Notes: generated by a model from the letters alone, not told the origin. A stretch of DNA of 63,688 nt, filler included, from Octopus bimaculoides (GCF_001194135.2; 8 parts of 6 records of this genome joined end to end with filler, not necessarily neighbours in it); one strand, 5' to 3'. Positions 40,150 through 51,163 are shown, numbered from the whole stretch's first letter. Program-made: numbers and translations.

Positions 40150-42350
40150 NNNNNNNNNNNNNNNNNNNNNNNNNNNNNNNNNNNNNNNNNNNNNNNNNNN
40201 NNNNNNNNNNNNNNNNNNNNNNNNNNNNNNNNNNNNNNNNNNNNNNNNNNNNNNNNNNNNNNNNNNNNNNNNNNNNNNNNNNNNNNNNNNNNNNNNNNNN
40301 NNNNNNNNNNNNNNNNNNNNNNNNNNNNNNNNNNNNNNNNNNNNNNNNNNNNNNNNNNNNNNNNNNNNNNNNNNNNNATATATATATATATACGGTAAAA
40401 AAAGAAAATGGAGGGGATACAAAAATGATATACATCAGCCGGTAGACATTCTATTGTCTATTTATTCTAAAACATAAGGAAGTATTATAAGAATGTATAC
40501 ACATGCAAAGACTGTGTGCTACACAAATATGTAGTAGTAATACATAAAAGAATAAAATATTAAAAGATTAAGAGATCAGTTCCTTACGGCCGTTTCTGCC
40601 AAGAGGCCACGATATCCTCCATGCTACCTCCATCTCTTCAGTGTTGGGATGGGTAGATAGAGTTTGGCTGTTGAGAGTGCCTCTTGGCTTCTTCAGAGGG
40701 TCTAAATAGCCTAAATAGTTAGGATAGCCGAAACATACAAGAGTCAGTTACCAATAGGTACAGTATATTTTTTCTTATTGAAGAGGGCATAAGAAGAATA
40801 CGACCAAAAGTTAGTGTAAGAGGAATAAAATTTCGCAAAATGGATTAGGTATAGGAAAGGGAAACAAGTCATAGACTTCAAGTGTTGCCTTCCAAGATTC
40901 ATGTTATTTTGTCCAGTGGTGGATAGGTGGATACAGTTTTTCTAAGGAGGAATTTTTAAGGAAGGGTAAATTTGGGCAGTGGTTCTTATTTTGCTTACTT
41001 ATAAATACACGTTATGTTTACAGTGATGGGTTTGAAACTATGGTCCGTGTTTCGGTGGTGGAAGTTTATATGTAGGATGCCAGCTGGTACTAAAGAGAGT
41101 ATGGCACCAGGTGGTGTTCATGCTCGCTATTTTTCGATCAACAAGTCCCTGAATCCTTGTGTGCAGTGGGATAGGGGTTATGGTCAGTCCTGCAACCTAA
41201 TTGGTCAGCTATTGTTTTGAAAACTATGACGCGATTCCGGTTCGTTGAGGGCTAACAGATAACACAAAAACAGATCAGATAAATAAATAAGTAAATAACT
41301 AAATGAGTAAGTAAATAAACAAATGAGTAAGTAAATAAATAAATGACTAAGTAAATAAATAAATAAGTAAATAAATAAATAAAAGCCGTGGCCACTATGC
41401 ACAAGTAGAAGAGCAAAATGACATTCAAACTAGATTAAATTAAAGTAAAGTAAAACAAGTAAAAAAAATAAATCAGTATGTGAGTGAGTGCAATAATTAA
41501 AGCAATACGATTAAGGGGATATGATCTTAAGGGACAGCATAAGAAAATAACTTATATATAAAGCACGATTTATTCGATATCAGAGTTGTGCGAAAACCGA
41601 GGTACTACTGTATATTCATACATGTCTACATTTATGCTCGTCTTCCACAAAACCTTATACATTTTCTTCTCTTTTTTACTTCTTCTCCTCCCTTTGTTCC
41701 TATTCTCTGCCATTCAGATTTGTTTTCCATTATTCATTTACTTGATTTTCCTCTCTCCGCTTCTTCATTATTATCTCTGCGTTTTACCTTCCCCTTACAT
41801 ACCTACGCTTTACCTCTCTATGTCCTTTTTCCTCTTCCTCTTTGCTTAATGGGCTGGCTCTCTAGAACCATTCCGACAGTTGCTATATATAGGAGACCTT
41901 TCATTTACTGTTTTTATTTGAAAATGCTTGACTGAAAGTAGTTTTGTAAGGGCTATGTTACATAACTACAAGAAACATGTGTGTTAAATGTGTATTGAAT
42001 GCGCTTGTGAGTGAGTGTATCAACGAGACAAGATGATAGTTGAATAGAAGTGCGTGAATGTTTGTATATATGCGCATGTAAACGAAAGGCATGGATGGGT
42101 AGGGAGAGGAGTAGTCCAAGGAAGGTATGTGTTTGTGTGAAAGCTTTGTTAGTGTATTGAGGGTTTGCCTGTAAGTGTAGAGATATTGAAAGATTAGATA
42201 AGAGGAGTGGGGATGGAATGGAGGACTAAAATGGGAGGTGCAGGTGGATGTGGGGTAAGTAGATGGGAGGAGAAGCAGAAGAAAGATGTTTGTGGTGAAA
42301 TGCAAGTTATTAAAATTGCATTAGTGAATTTATACGAAAAGACGTGTACA

Positions 42351-42408
<58 letters not shown>

Positions 42409-44435
42409 CTCCTGTGCTTTCTGAAAACGAGTGGAGGGGTTTGCAGCTCTTTACATATTTGTAAATACAAAACTTGTTGCAATACATAACTTATTGATTC
42501 AATGAAAGTTACTGAGATATGTTTCAAAGTTTTTATATATTTGAGTAAGTCTACCATAATACATTGCTTGCAAATAATGAAAATAAAAATAGAGTTATAT
42601 TAAATGGTAATAAATATGCTGTCAAATGAATATAAACAGAAATGAAATATAAATGAAAATGCCTAGAAACATAGATATATTTAGATGGTCTTGGAAACTA
42701 TATATAAGCAACTAGAGCCTTTTTTGCCGTCACTTGTGTGGAGATGAGAAGTGGGTATTAAATAATTATGTCTAAAATATATTGCAGTAAATTGGATTGT
42801 TATTCTAACAATAACTGGACAGAAAAAATTTCGATGTCATTTAATCATTTTGCATTGCACAACTTACCTGAAATTTATTTTATTTATTTATTTATTTATT
42901 ATAATCATATATTCTGTTTATAATATTCTAACAGAATATGATTTTCATTTCAGCACATGAAAGTAAAAACCAACATCAGTTGAGACCTAAAGGAAAAGGA
43001 ATTTATAATTCAAATATGTCTTCTTTATTTCACCATGTCTTCAAATGCTATATTTCTTTGAATTAGAGAGGTCATATATCAATTCTCGAAATTCAATTGA
43101 AGTTGCATGCCATGCATATAGAATGAGATCGTCATAAGAGTAATTTGAAAATCTAACCTGTACTGTTTTGTCTCATATCTTCAAGAACATTTCTTGCACG
43201 TTCTATGTCAGAATCTAGTTCTGGCAGTCCAGCAGTGACACATTCATTAATTACTCTGTCTAATTTGCCTTTGTCACCTTCCCTCATTGCGTTTCTGAGA
43301 TTGGTTCGCAGAGAGTCAGGTGTTTTATTTCCTAACAATGAAATACATATGACAGTGAGAATTTCATGAAATTGTGCGTGTTTATGAAACCATGCCATGC
43401 AGAAAATCGAGAAATACGTATCCCGTAATTGATTCTTTTGTGATAATCTAATTCATGCACATTTATATTTCAACTTTAAAAGAAATATTCACTAGATCAT
43501 TCAATAAAACAGTGCATGCACTAAGTGAATGAAAGATGAACTTCTATTTAGATATGAATCACACATCTAAAATGTACAATCCCGTAAAATGGAAAAATCG
43601 CTATATTCGAAGAAACATTGAACTAAATTTAACTCGAAACGCCATAAACACATAGGAAAGGAAAAAAAAACAGAAGATAAGTGAGAATAATTTCTTACGC
43701 GAAAATAAATGTATGAAAGAATGAAACTAGGAAATGTTAGAAACTGCTAATGTTAGTTATAAATTGACATAAGAAACAACTATTTCACACCGGCAATATT
43801 TAGCAATTTTTTATGACAACATAATATAGAAAACCTTGCTGCTGACCTCCACGACCACCACCAAGAGACTCTAGAGTATCCCTAGCTTTACAAAGATCAG
43901 CTGCTAGTTCTGGATAACCAGCTTCTTCACTGTCTGCAATGGCTTTCTGCAGTTCACCAATATCTTTCTGACGAATAGCACGAGCCAACTGACTCTGCAA
44001 TGTATCTGAAGGTACTACATCTAGTAAAATCGAAGAAAGAAGTAATTAAATATTGATTTATAACATCGGCACCACGCATTTTGGGGGAGGATAAAATTGA
44101 TTGAATAAATTGCAGTATTCCACTATTATTGCATTTTTAATGATCCTAGAAGGGTGAAACTATCACAGTGGGATTTAAACTCAGAACGTAAATGTTTGTA
44201 ACTCTATACCTTAATGTATTTCATCCAACTCCCTAACGGTGAAATATGAATAAAATCTATATATACTTATTATTGCAAATAAATGTTTATTTCTAAATAT
44301 CTAAAAAGATAAAACGTCTGTGATGTAAATATTAACGTTAAAATTTATCTGGAATACAAAGACTAAAAAGCTATAGCAATCAAGAATATCATGAAATTTT
44401 AAATCCTTATATTCTACAAAGTATACTGTGAGAAT

Positions 44436-44469
<34 letters not shown>

Positions 44470-47400
44470 TTTCTCTCTCTCTCTCTCTCTCCTTTTCTCT
44501 CTCTATCTTCTCTTTACAAGCTTAAATGTCTATAGAGGGACAGCGAAAGTCTTTCGCATTACATCGTGTGTTAATTTATCTTGCATCAAGCTGCCTAATG
44601 AAATTATATATAATGAAACCCGTGATTTATATAGTAACAGGTTTGAAACTATGAGCATAAGATATCGTAACATTTTACATTTGCAAGTGCAACATCGTAA
44701 CGTTCATCTTTATCTGAGAATACTTTCTTGATCATAAAAAACCCAAAAGTAAGTAACACATCTCATAAATGTAAATTTTAGGTTTGAGAGCTTATGTCAA
44801 AGAAGTAGATAGTTAGCAGATACCAACAATTTCATTAAGATTGGTATGTTGTATATTCTCAGATAGCAATTAATAATGTTTGATGTGATAATATAATACC
44901 TTTAAACATGTAAAATTTGCCAACGATCCACTTAAAGAATCTAAAATGCACTGCCTTTAATGTACTTCAGCATTCAAGTAAAATATATATTTTGAACAAC
45001 CTCTCAAGAAATACGCAATATCTTAGGTCAATAATCACGATCAAATATCAGCTGATTAGTCTATTGTGTAACTGTACAGTAGAATAAAGGCTAACCTCCA
45101 GAGCCACCACCAAGAATATCTGATACACGTCTTGCTTGTTGTATATCAACATCCAGTCCTGGCATGCCGGCTGCTACACTTTCTTGGATAACTCTATCCA
45201 ATTCACTTTTATCTTTAGTTTTCATTGCATCTTCAAGTTTGTCTCTTAACATATCTGCAGATATTGTTCCTGAGTGTAGATAATAATTCAAGTAAGAATA
45301 AGTGATAAAATATACTGGAAATATAAGAATTGCCTACTCTTAGTACAAAGAGTATTAATATATAACATTTCTTCAAAACTTCAAATAAATTATTTTTGCA
45401 TAACATATTTCATATAGAGCATGCGGACATATTAACGTATTCGTTTAATATATATATGTATGGTTTTGAAATAATACTGTATAAAGAGACTGTAATTTTG
45501 GCAAAGACAGTATTAAATAAGAAAAATCTGCATAAGGCGTTTTGCAATCATACAACTTATTCTATGGTAACTGCAACTACTTATACAGTAAAATTGATAT
45601 TTTTTTAAATAGGCTAAAGCCATGTTCATATTTCTCGGGCATTTTAAATTCATTTTGTGGGACTAAACCTCGAAGACTGTCGTATCAGGATATGTAATAT
45701 AATCGCCCTTGACTCTCATTAATGCGATTAAATATTGGTATCCCATTAAGACACAAACACTCTAATGTTTGTAACTAAAGGAAAATAAGTTATTGTGTCT
45801 CACCATACTTTACATCTTGTTCTACAGAATACACAATGAATTGTGTAATGGGAACACTAAATTTTGTATTGCAGGATACAGTCTGTGACACGAAAGCATA
45901 TTAATTTCTTGTAATAAGTTTTGAAATGCTTCAATGAAACAGGTATTTACCAAAAATTTATATTTGAACAATTCTATGTTACTTTGCCAATCTTTTAGCC
46001 AACTGACAATCGACAAGTTTTAAAACATATTGCATGAGAACGATGTAAGTTAGAAAATTGGGAAAAAGATGAAATTACTATATATAAATATATATATATA
46101 TATAAATAATGTTCAAATTTTATACGACCGCTAAAAAAAATAGACAGACAGACATATATACATACAGACAAACAGACAAACAGATAGATAGATGTAACCC
46201 ACAAGTTTAAAGACTGCGTCGCAGCAATATAAATTATACTATATATATTTCGAATCACACAAAATGCTAACCTCCACATTCTCCACTCAGGCTCTTCAGA
46301 GTATCTCTGGCTTGCCGTAAATCAGAACTCAGTTCTGGATATTTGGCTTCTTCACATTCGCGGATTAGTTTCTCAAGCAGTGGCCTGTTTCTTTCTTTGG
46401 TTGCTTTCTTTAGTTCATTACGTAAGGAAACGGGCGATCTCGAACCTGACAAGAGATAGTTGCTAAGATTAAATAAATGCTCGTCTTTGTCCTGTTGTTT
46501 TTCTTGTTTTAGATATTAGATTGTTTTTGTTTTTGGTTATTTCCCATGAATATGAGCGTTATTATGATAGGACTTCAAATGTAGTTGTTTCATTTTACTA
46601 CGATAGAACTAGAATATTGCGTTAAATGTTTAATTATAACGATTACAAAATTGTTTACTTAATTTTTTCTTTCGTTTTTTATCTTCTGCTTATATTTAAA
46701 TAGAAAAATTGAGGATGAGATGCATGCGTACGTGCTCGCACATGCATGTGTATGTGTGCGCGCGTATGTGTATAACCTTTTATCTTTTGCTTGTTTCAGT
46801 CATTATACTGCGGCCATCCAGGGACACCGCCTTGAAAAACTTTAGTCGGACGACACGAGCATTTTGTTTAAGGTTGGAACTTAATCTATCGGACTCTTTT
46901 GCCGAGCTGCTAATTTACAGGGAAGTAAACACACTAACACCTATTGTCAAGCTGTGTGAGTCAAGACAAACGCAGACGTATCGATTTATTTTTCTACAAG
47001 CATCTGTAAATGTAATTGCCCTACTGAATGCTACCGCGAAAATATGTACGCATATCATAGTAATTTGATGTGTAGGTGTTTCATTTCTTGTCCATTGCTT
47101 TACTATTACACTAAGTTTAGCGCTCTACAATACAGTTACATTACCTGCTACCAATATCAACAAATATGATTAATAATGGTCAAATTTCCAACAACCACCT
47201 ACTGACATATTTTGACCATTTATTTCTTTATTTCTGCTATTCTTATATCTGTTTCTAGAAACGAACTGAATTTTTGTAGCTCATCTTTCGTAAAGATAAT
47301 TCTTTCAAATTAAGTAATAATCCGCTCACATGAGAATTATGTAGAATGAATAATGCAAATATCACTAATATCATTTTGTGTTGGATTTTCAATGTATTGT

Positions 47401-47612
47401 GCTCTGGTTACGTATTATAGCTTATATCATAGCGCATTTTACATGCGGTTTTAAGAGTTTAACACGGTAAACTATATTGAACTCTAATATAACTGGCTAC
47501 CTATTATAATGATATATGTGTATACATACTTGTATGTGTATGTGTAAATTATATGTATTATTTATATAGTACGTAATATATACATATATATTACTAGACC
47601 AAATATTATAAA

Positions 47613-47646
<34 letters not shown>

Positions 47647-48279
47647 TAGACCAAATATTATAAAAGGGTATTATTTTGAACTGAGAAAAAGATACGGCGA
47701 GCGATTGAGAGATGAGCAATATATACACACATACATGTGTGTGTAATATATACATACACACATATTTTTGTCTGTGTTTCCAGTGTTGTCCGAGCTTTAC
47801 AAGCTCATCTAAAAGCTCTGGATTACCAGCTTCGCTGTTTGCAATGACGTTTTGGAGTTGATCAACATTTTTCAACCGATTAACACGAGTCAATCGACTA
47901 TGTAATATTTTTAAATGTACTACATGCCAGATGCATAAAAGGAAGTGTGTGGATGTATATGTATAGGTATCTGCATGCACAGGAACATAAATAAATAAAA
48001 ACAGAAAGCTTCCTAATTATCAGGGCTGCTTTTATCAAGCAGAAGCTATATGGAAGGAAGATAAGATCCGTACGCTGCAGTATGTTAATTTGACTCACTG
48101 ACCTGGTTGGTGCTTCTCACGTAAGTCGTGGAGTAATTCTCTTGCTTTCTGCACATCTGTGTCTAGTTCTTGCAGTCCAGCTGCTACACATTCGTTTACT
48201 GCACTTTCTAACTGGGCTTTATCTCCATGTTGCATAACGTTTGATAGCATTTGTCGTAATGCTTCTGGTGATTTACTTC
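29495..48279 (-). CDS. Multi-exon gene segment encoding at least 15 tandem ~58-aa helical modules (about 860 aa visible); start and end not established
   Basis: All 14 exons have AG acceptors and the 13 complete ones have GT donors, all phase 1, so they splice into one open frame (2445 nt for the 13 complete exons). Shared pattern: LR..L..A....D...L...I.E(C/S)..AG.PEL..D(I/L)..AR..L. Confidence 0.88.
29937..30110 (-). CDS. Exon 13, module B1 (174 nt)
   Basis: ctttgccag| ... GGAG|gttaga; DLKTVESLRDELEKATKLKDKVALRQIIEDCEGVAYPELSWDLSKARDALESLGGGRG. Confidence 0.9.
30311..30487 (-). CDS. Exon 12, module A1 (177 nt)
   Basis: ctctgtcag| ... AAAG|gtacat; GTKTPESLRRKLKSAMKQGDKDTLDKVIHECIAAGMPELDVDISVARDLLKDVKISPPK; not in the ORF track. 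Confidence 0.88.
31830..32003 (-). CDS. Exon 11, module B2 (174 nt)
   Basis: ttcttatag| ... GGAG|gtagaa (weak donor); DIRTPDNLRDQLEMAGKRKDVKKIQEVIHECEKAEYAELGNDLRKARDILERLGGGRG. Confidence 0.82.
33116..33289 (-). CDS. Exon 10, module A2 (174 nt)
   Basis: cattattag| ... GGAG|gttaga; GTKSVDSLRENLRSAMESKDKNALAKAIRQSVAAGMPELDSDIQQARRISDILAGGTG. Confidence 0.88.
33750..34100 (-). CDS. Exon 9, fused modules A1+B1 (351 nt = 177+174)
   Basis: atccgatag| ... GGAG|gttagc; GVISVDGLREKIDLAI...LEENKSL/ESKSPDSFRRRL...LKSLGGGLG. Confidence 0.9.
34570..34743 (-). CDS. Exon 8, module B2 (174 nt)
   Basis: tacttgcag| ... GGAG|gtttgc; EVKSPAALLNQLAKAIKQKDVPELSKIIAECEILGYPELNSELRRARINLEDLGGGDG. Confidence 0.88.
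35221..35394 (-). CDS. Exon 7, module A2 (174 nt)
   Basis: gatctatag| ... GGAG|gttaga; GSISPFALRENLKAVMKSNDKRHLDKTIRNCVAAGMTELEADIQQARSVSDILGGGSG. Confidence 0.88.
35725..35898 (-). CDS. Exon 6, module B1 (174 nt)
   Basis: tttttctag| ... GGAG|gttagc; EPKPSEILRDEIAQAIAERDKYSLEKLISECEKSLYPELGRDLSAARDALESLGYGRG. Confidence 0.9.
36258..36992. repeat. Intronic inverted repeat (arms 36258-36443 and 36807-36992) with a third, more diverged tandem copy between them
   Basis: gaactaccagatca versus tgatctggtagttc, aaacgtggatg versus catccacgttt, and agcagacaagaac versus gttcttgtctgct are exact reverse complements. Confidence 0.8.
38714..38966 (+). mobile_element. tRNA-headed SINE
   Basis: gtggttaggacagcggactcgcgg...ggtttcgattccc...tttattgagcgaaaa; the head is shared with the 16.4-16.8 kb SINE. 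Confidence 0.75.
40005..41610. mobile_element. Tigger/pogo-like MITE with ~55-bp TIRs and TA target sites, inflated by internal insertions
   Basis: TA|cagtagtacctcggtttacgaac ... gtgcgaaaaccgaggtactactg|TA. Confidence 0.7.
43158..43331 (-). CDS. Exon 5, module A1 (174 nt)
   Basis: cattgttag| ... ACAG|gttaga; GNKTPDSLRTNLRNAMREGDKGKLDRVINECVTAGLPELDSDIERARNVLEDMRQNST. Confidence 0.9.
43847..44020 (-). CDS. Exon 4, module B2 (174 nt)
   Basis: ttttactag| ... GGAG|gtcagc; DVVPSDTLQSQLARAIRQKDIGELQKAIADSEEAGYPELAADLCKARDTLESLGGGRG. Confidence 0.9.
45096..45269 (-). CDS. Exon 3, module A2 (174 nt)
   Basis: tacactcag| ... GGAG|gttagc; GTISADMLRDKLEDAMKTKDKSELDRVIQESVAAGMPGLDVDIQQARRVSDILGGGSG. 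Confidence 0.9.
46272..46445 (-). CDS. Exon 2, module B1 (174 nt)
   Basis: tcttgtcag| ... GGAG|gttagc; GSRSPVSLRNELKKATKERNRPLLEKLIRECEEAKYPELSSDLRQARDTLKSLSGECG. Confidence 0.9.
47777..47925 (-). pseudogene. Decayed B2-type pseudo-exon
   Basis: Aligns to exon 4 at DNA level (ATGTAGTAC..., GAGCTT-GTAAAGCT versus GATCTTTGTAAAGCT). The acceptor position reads GC instead of AG, there is a 1-bp deletion, and the 3' end and donor are lost. Confidence 0.82.
48103..48279 (-). CDS. Exon 1 of the visible array, module A1 (177 nt)
   Basis: attgatcag| ... CCAG|gtcagt; GSKSPEALRQMLSNVMQHGDKAQLESAVNECVAAGLQELDTDVQKARELLHDLREKHQP; not in the ORF track. Confidence 0.88.
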
Positions 48280-48869
48280 CTGATCAATAAAGTGTGGAAA
48301 ATTCCCAAGACTTTAGATATAATTTTACCAAAATAATCTTTCTGTAAAGAAGCATGCAGATGAGATAACAGAAATGCATGCTGGTGACTCCATGCCTTTA
48401 TACACAAAGTTGACTCACTTTTAAAATTTCCATATAGCTAACTGAAGCATTGATCTCTTGACCATAAGCTTTAGAAATAACTACACTGTGTATATAGAAT
48501 TCAAGAGTAAACTTCATATGCGCAGAAATCAAAATGTAGGGTATGCATTTTTTTTTTAATGCTCGTTAAAACATTTTAATTAAAAAGTGTTGATTTAAAT
48601 ATTTAGTATTATAATTTTCTCTCCCCTCTCGCGAGCTCTCTATTTCTTTTCTCTCTCACCCTGTCACTCTCTCTCCACACACACACACACACACAGACAC
48701 ACACATATACACACACACACACACATACACACACACACACACACATACACACGCACATCATATATCAAAAGTTGACAGTGTACACTGAGTTTCAGCCCAT
48801 CCGACTAACCCTTGCCAACGTGGAGTACAGTCGTAAAGTGATGATAATGATCATGAATATAATATATAT

Positions 48870-49293
48870 ATATATATATATATATACAAATAATATGTAA
48901 GTATATGCATATATACCCACATGTATGTACACACTTACATCTACATGTATATATAGATGCATATCTGGGTACAGGGCGTCACAAAAAAAAACGTGGACAA
49001 AATGAGAACAGAGTACTGAAAACACACAGGCCACATAGAGAACATTTCCTTCATCAGCTGCCACCATTCTAAAACTAAGTGTTTCGAAGAGTAGGGCAGG
49101 ACGCATTGCTAGAATGGCTCTTCCCGCGGAAACAAATTAAATTTGTAATGCGGAAAAATATAGTGGCGAACAGAAAACACGACAGGAGAACGAAACAATG
49201 AAAATAAACAAGAAGGGCTAGTAGGGTCAGAAGTGAAAAAAATATATATGTATGCAGAACGCTGTGATGTGACGAACGGAAAAGATAAGAAGA
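48870..49293 (-). mobile_element. Dispersed ~430-bp element carrying a permuted hammerhead-like motif (copy C host)
   Basis: Colinear and similar to 60226-60660; its 3' tail GACGCCCTGTACCCAGATATGC is also similar to the 10.28-kb tail. Confidence 0.75.
49051..49123 (-). ncRNA. Permuted hammerhead-like motif, copy C
   Basis: GAAGAG-CCATTCTA-GCAAT-GCGTC-CTGCCC-TA-CTCTTC-GAAACAC-TTAGTTT-TAGAATGG-T-GGCAG-CTGATGA. Confidence 0.65.
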
Positions 49294-49646
49294 ANNNNNN
49301 NNNNNNNNNNNNNNNNNNNNNNNNNNNNNNNNNNNNNNTTAATTAATTAANNNNNNNNNNNNNNNNNNNNNNNNNNNNNNNNNNNNNNNNNNNNTTTTGT
49401 GAATGAAACAAACTAGATCCTAAATAAAAAATGAATGCTTAATATGACAAATTTTCAGATTTTTTACGTCATTTTAAAAAGGAGCTGATTCTGTGTCTCA
49501 AACTAACCAGATCCAAGTATAGTGCATACCATCCTCCACAATTTGCTACTCATATGAAGTACATATGTATTTTAACAATTTCTATCAAATACACTCTCTT
49601 TCTTGAGCATAAAAAATCCTCTTCCTTGATGACAATAACTTATATA

Positions 49647-50037
49647 TGTGTGGTAAGTAGCTTGCTTACCGACCACATGGTTCCGGGTTCATTCCCATTG
49701 CGTGGCACCTTGGGCAGGTGTCTTCTACTGTAACCTCGGGCCGACCAATGCCTTGTGAGTGGATTTGGTAGACAGAAACTGAAGGAAGTCCGTCGTATAT
49801 ATGTATTTATGTATATGTATGTGTGTGTATATGTTTGTATGTCTGTGTTTGTCTCCCCAACATCGCTTGACAACCGATGGTGGTGTGTTTACGTCCTCGT
49901 AACTTAGCGGTTCGGCAAAAGACACCGATAGAATAAGTACTAGGCTTACAAAGAATAAGTCCTGGGGTCGATTTACTCGACTAAAGGCGGTGCTCTAGCA
50001 TGGCCGCAGTCAAATGACTGAAACAAGTAAAAGAGTA
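49647..50037 (+). mobile_element. Full-length tRNA-headed SINE with internal TA/TG tract
   Basis: gtgtggtaagtagcttgcttacc...gggttcattccc head; tail aaggcggtgctctagcatggccgcagtcaaatgactgaaacaagtaaaagag. Confidence 0.8.
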
Positions 50038-50929
50038 TATCAGATTGTTGCACAAGATCTAGCTGTTTTGATAAGGGAAATCGGAAAGGTTTGAAATGAT
50101 TTCATCGGCATTTATTTGTACCAAAGAGCAATCTTTCGATAGACGATACGTTGATCTCATAAGTGTCGCGTGGTGGGAATAAACGCANNNNNNNNNNNNN
50201 NNNNNNNNNNNNNNNNNNNNNNNNNNNNNNNNNNNNNNNNNNNNNNNNNNNNNNNNNNNNNNNNNNNNNNNNNNNNNNNNNNNNNNNNNNNNNNNNNNNN
50301 NNNNNNNNNNNNNNNNNNNNNNNNNNNNNNNNNNNNNNNNNNNNNNNNNNNNNNNNNNNNNNNNNNNNNNNNNNNNNNNNNNNNNNNNNNNNNNNNNNNN
50401 NNNNNNNNNNNNNNNNNNNNNNNNNNNNNNNNNNNNNNNNNNNNNNNNNNNNNNNNNNNNNNNNNNNNNNNNNNNNNNNNNNNNNNNNNNNNNNNNNNNN
50501 NNNNNNNNNNNNNNNNNNNNNNNNNNNNNNNNNNNNNNNNNNNNNNNNNNNNNNNNNNNNNNNNNNNNNNNNNNNNNNNNNNNNNNNNNNNNNNNNNNNN
50601 NNNNNNNNNNNNNNNNNNNNNNNNNNNNNNNNNNNNNNNNNNNNNNNNNNNNNNNNNNNNNNNNNNNNNNNNNNNNNNNNNNNNNNNNNNNNNNNNNNNN
50701 NNNNNNNNNNNNNNNNNNNNNNNNNNNNNNNNNNNNNNNNNNNNNNNNNNNNNNNNNNNNNNNNNNNNNNNNNNNNNNNNNNNNNNNNNNNNNNNNNNNN
50801 NNNNNNNNNNNNNNNNNNNNNNNNNNNNNNNNNNNNNNNNNNNNNNNNNNNNNNNNNNNNNNNNNNNNNNNNNNNNNNNNNNNNNNNNNNNNNNNNNNNN
50901 NNNNNNNNNNNNNNNNNNNNNNNNNNNNN

Positions 50930-50931
50930 TG

Positions 50932-50973
<42 letters not shown>

Positions 50974-51021
50974 TTGCTGCTGCTGCTGCTTCTGCTGCTG
51001 CTTCTGCTTCTGCTGCTGCTG

Positions 51022-51068
<47 letters not shown>

Positions 51069-51101
51069 GCTGCTGCTTCTACTGCTGCTGCTGCTACTAC
51101 A

Positions 51102-51163
<62 letters not shown>
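50930..51163. repeat. (CTA)n/(CTG)n trinucleotide tract next to a gap
   Basis: Direct inspection. Confidence 0.95.

Noticed and set aside
40575-40645. CTGAAGA...GAAACGGCCGTA hammerhead-like string on the minus strand
   Set aside because: The palindromic stem III is present but stems I and II do not pair; at most a decayed Penelope motif.
41585-41610. GCGAAAACCGAGGTA as a hammerhead half
   Set aside because: Better explained as the right TIR of the 40005-41610 MITE.
29932-46452. Reading the module ORFs as separate single-exon genes
   Set aside because: Their start codons are intronic or arbitrary, while the AG/GT boundaries are conserved at identical module positions and phase.
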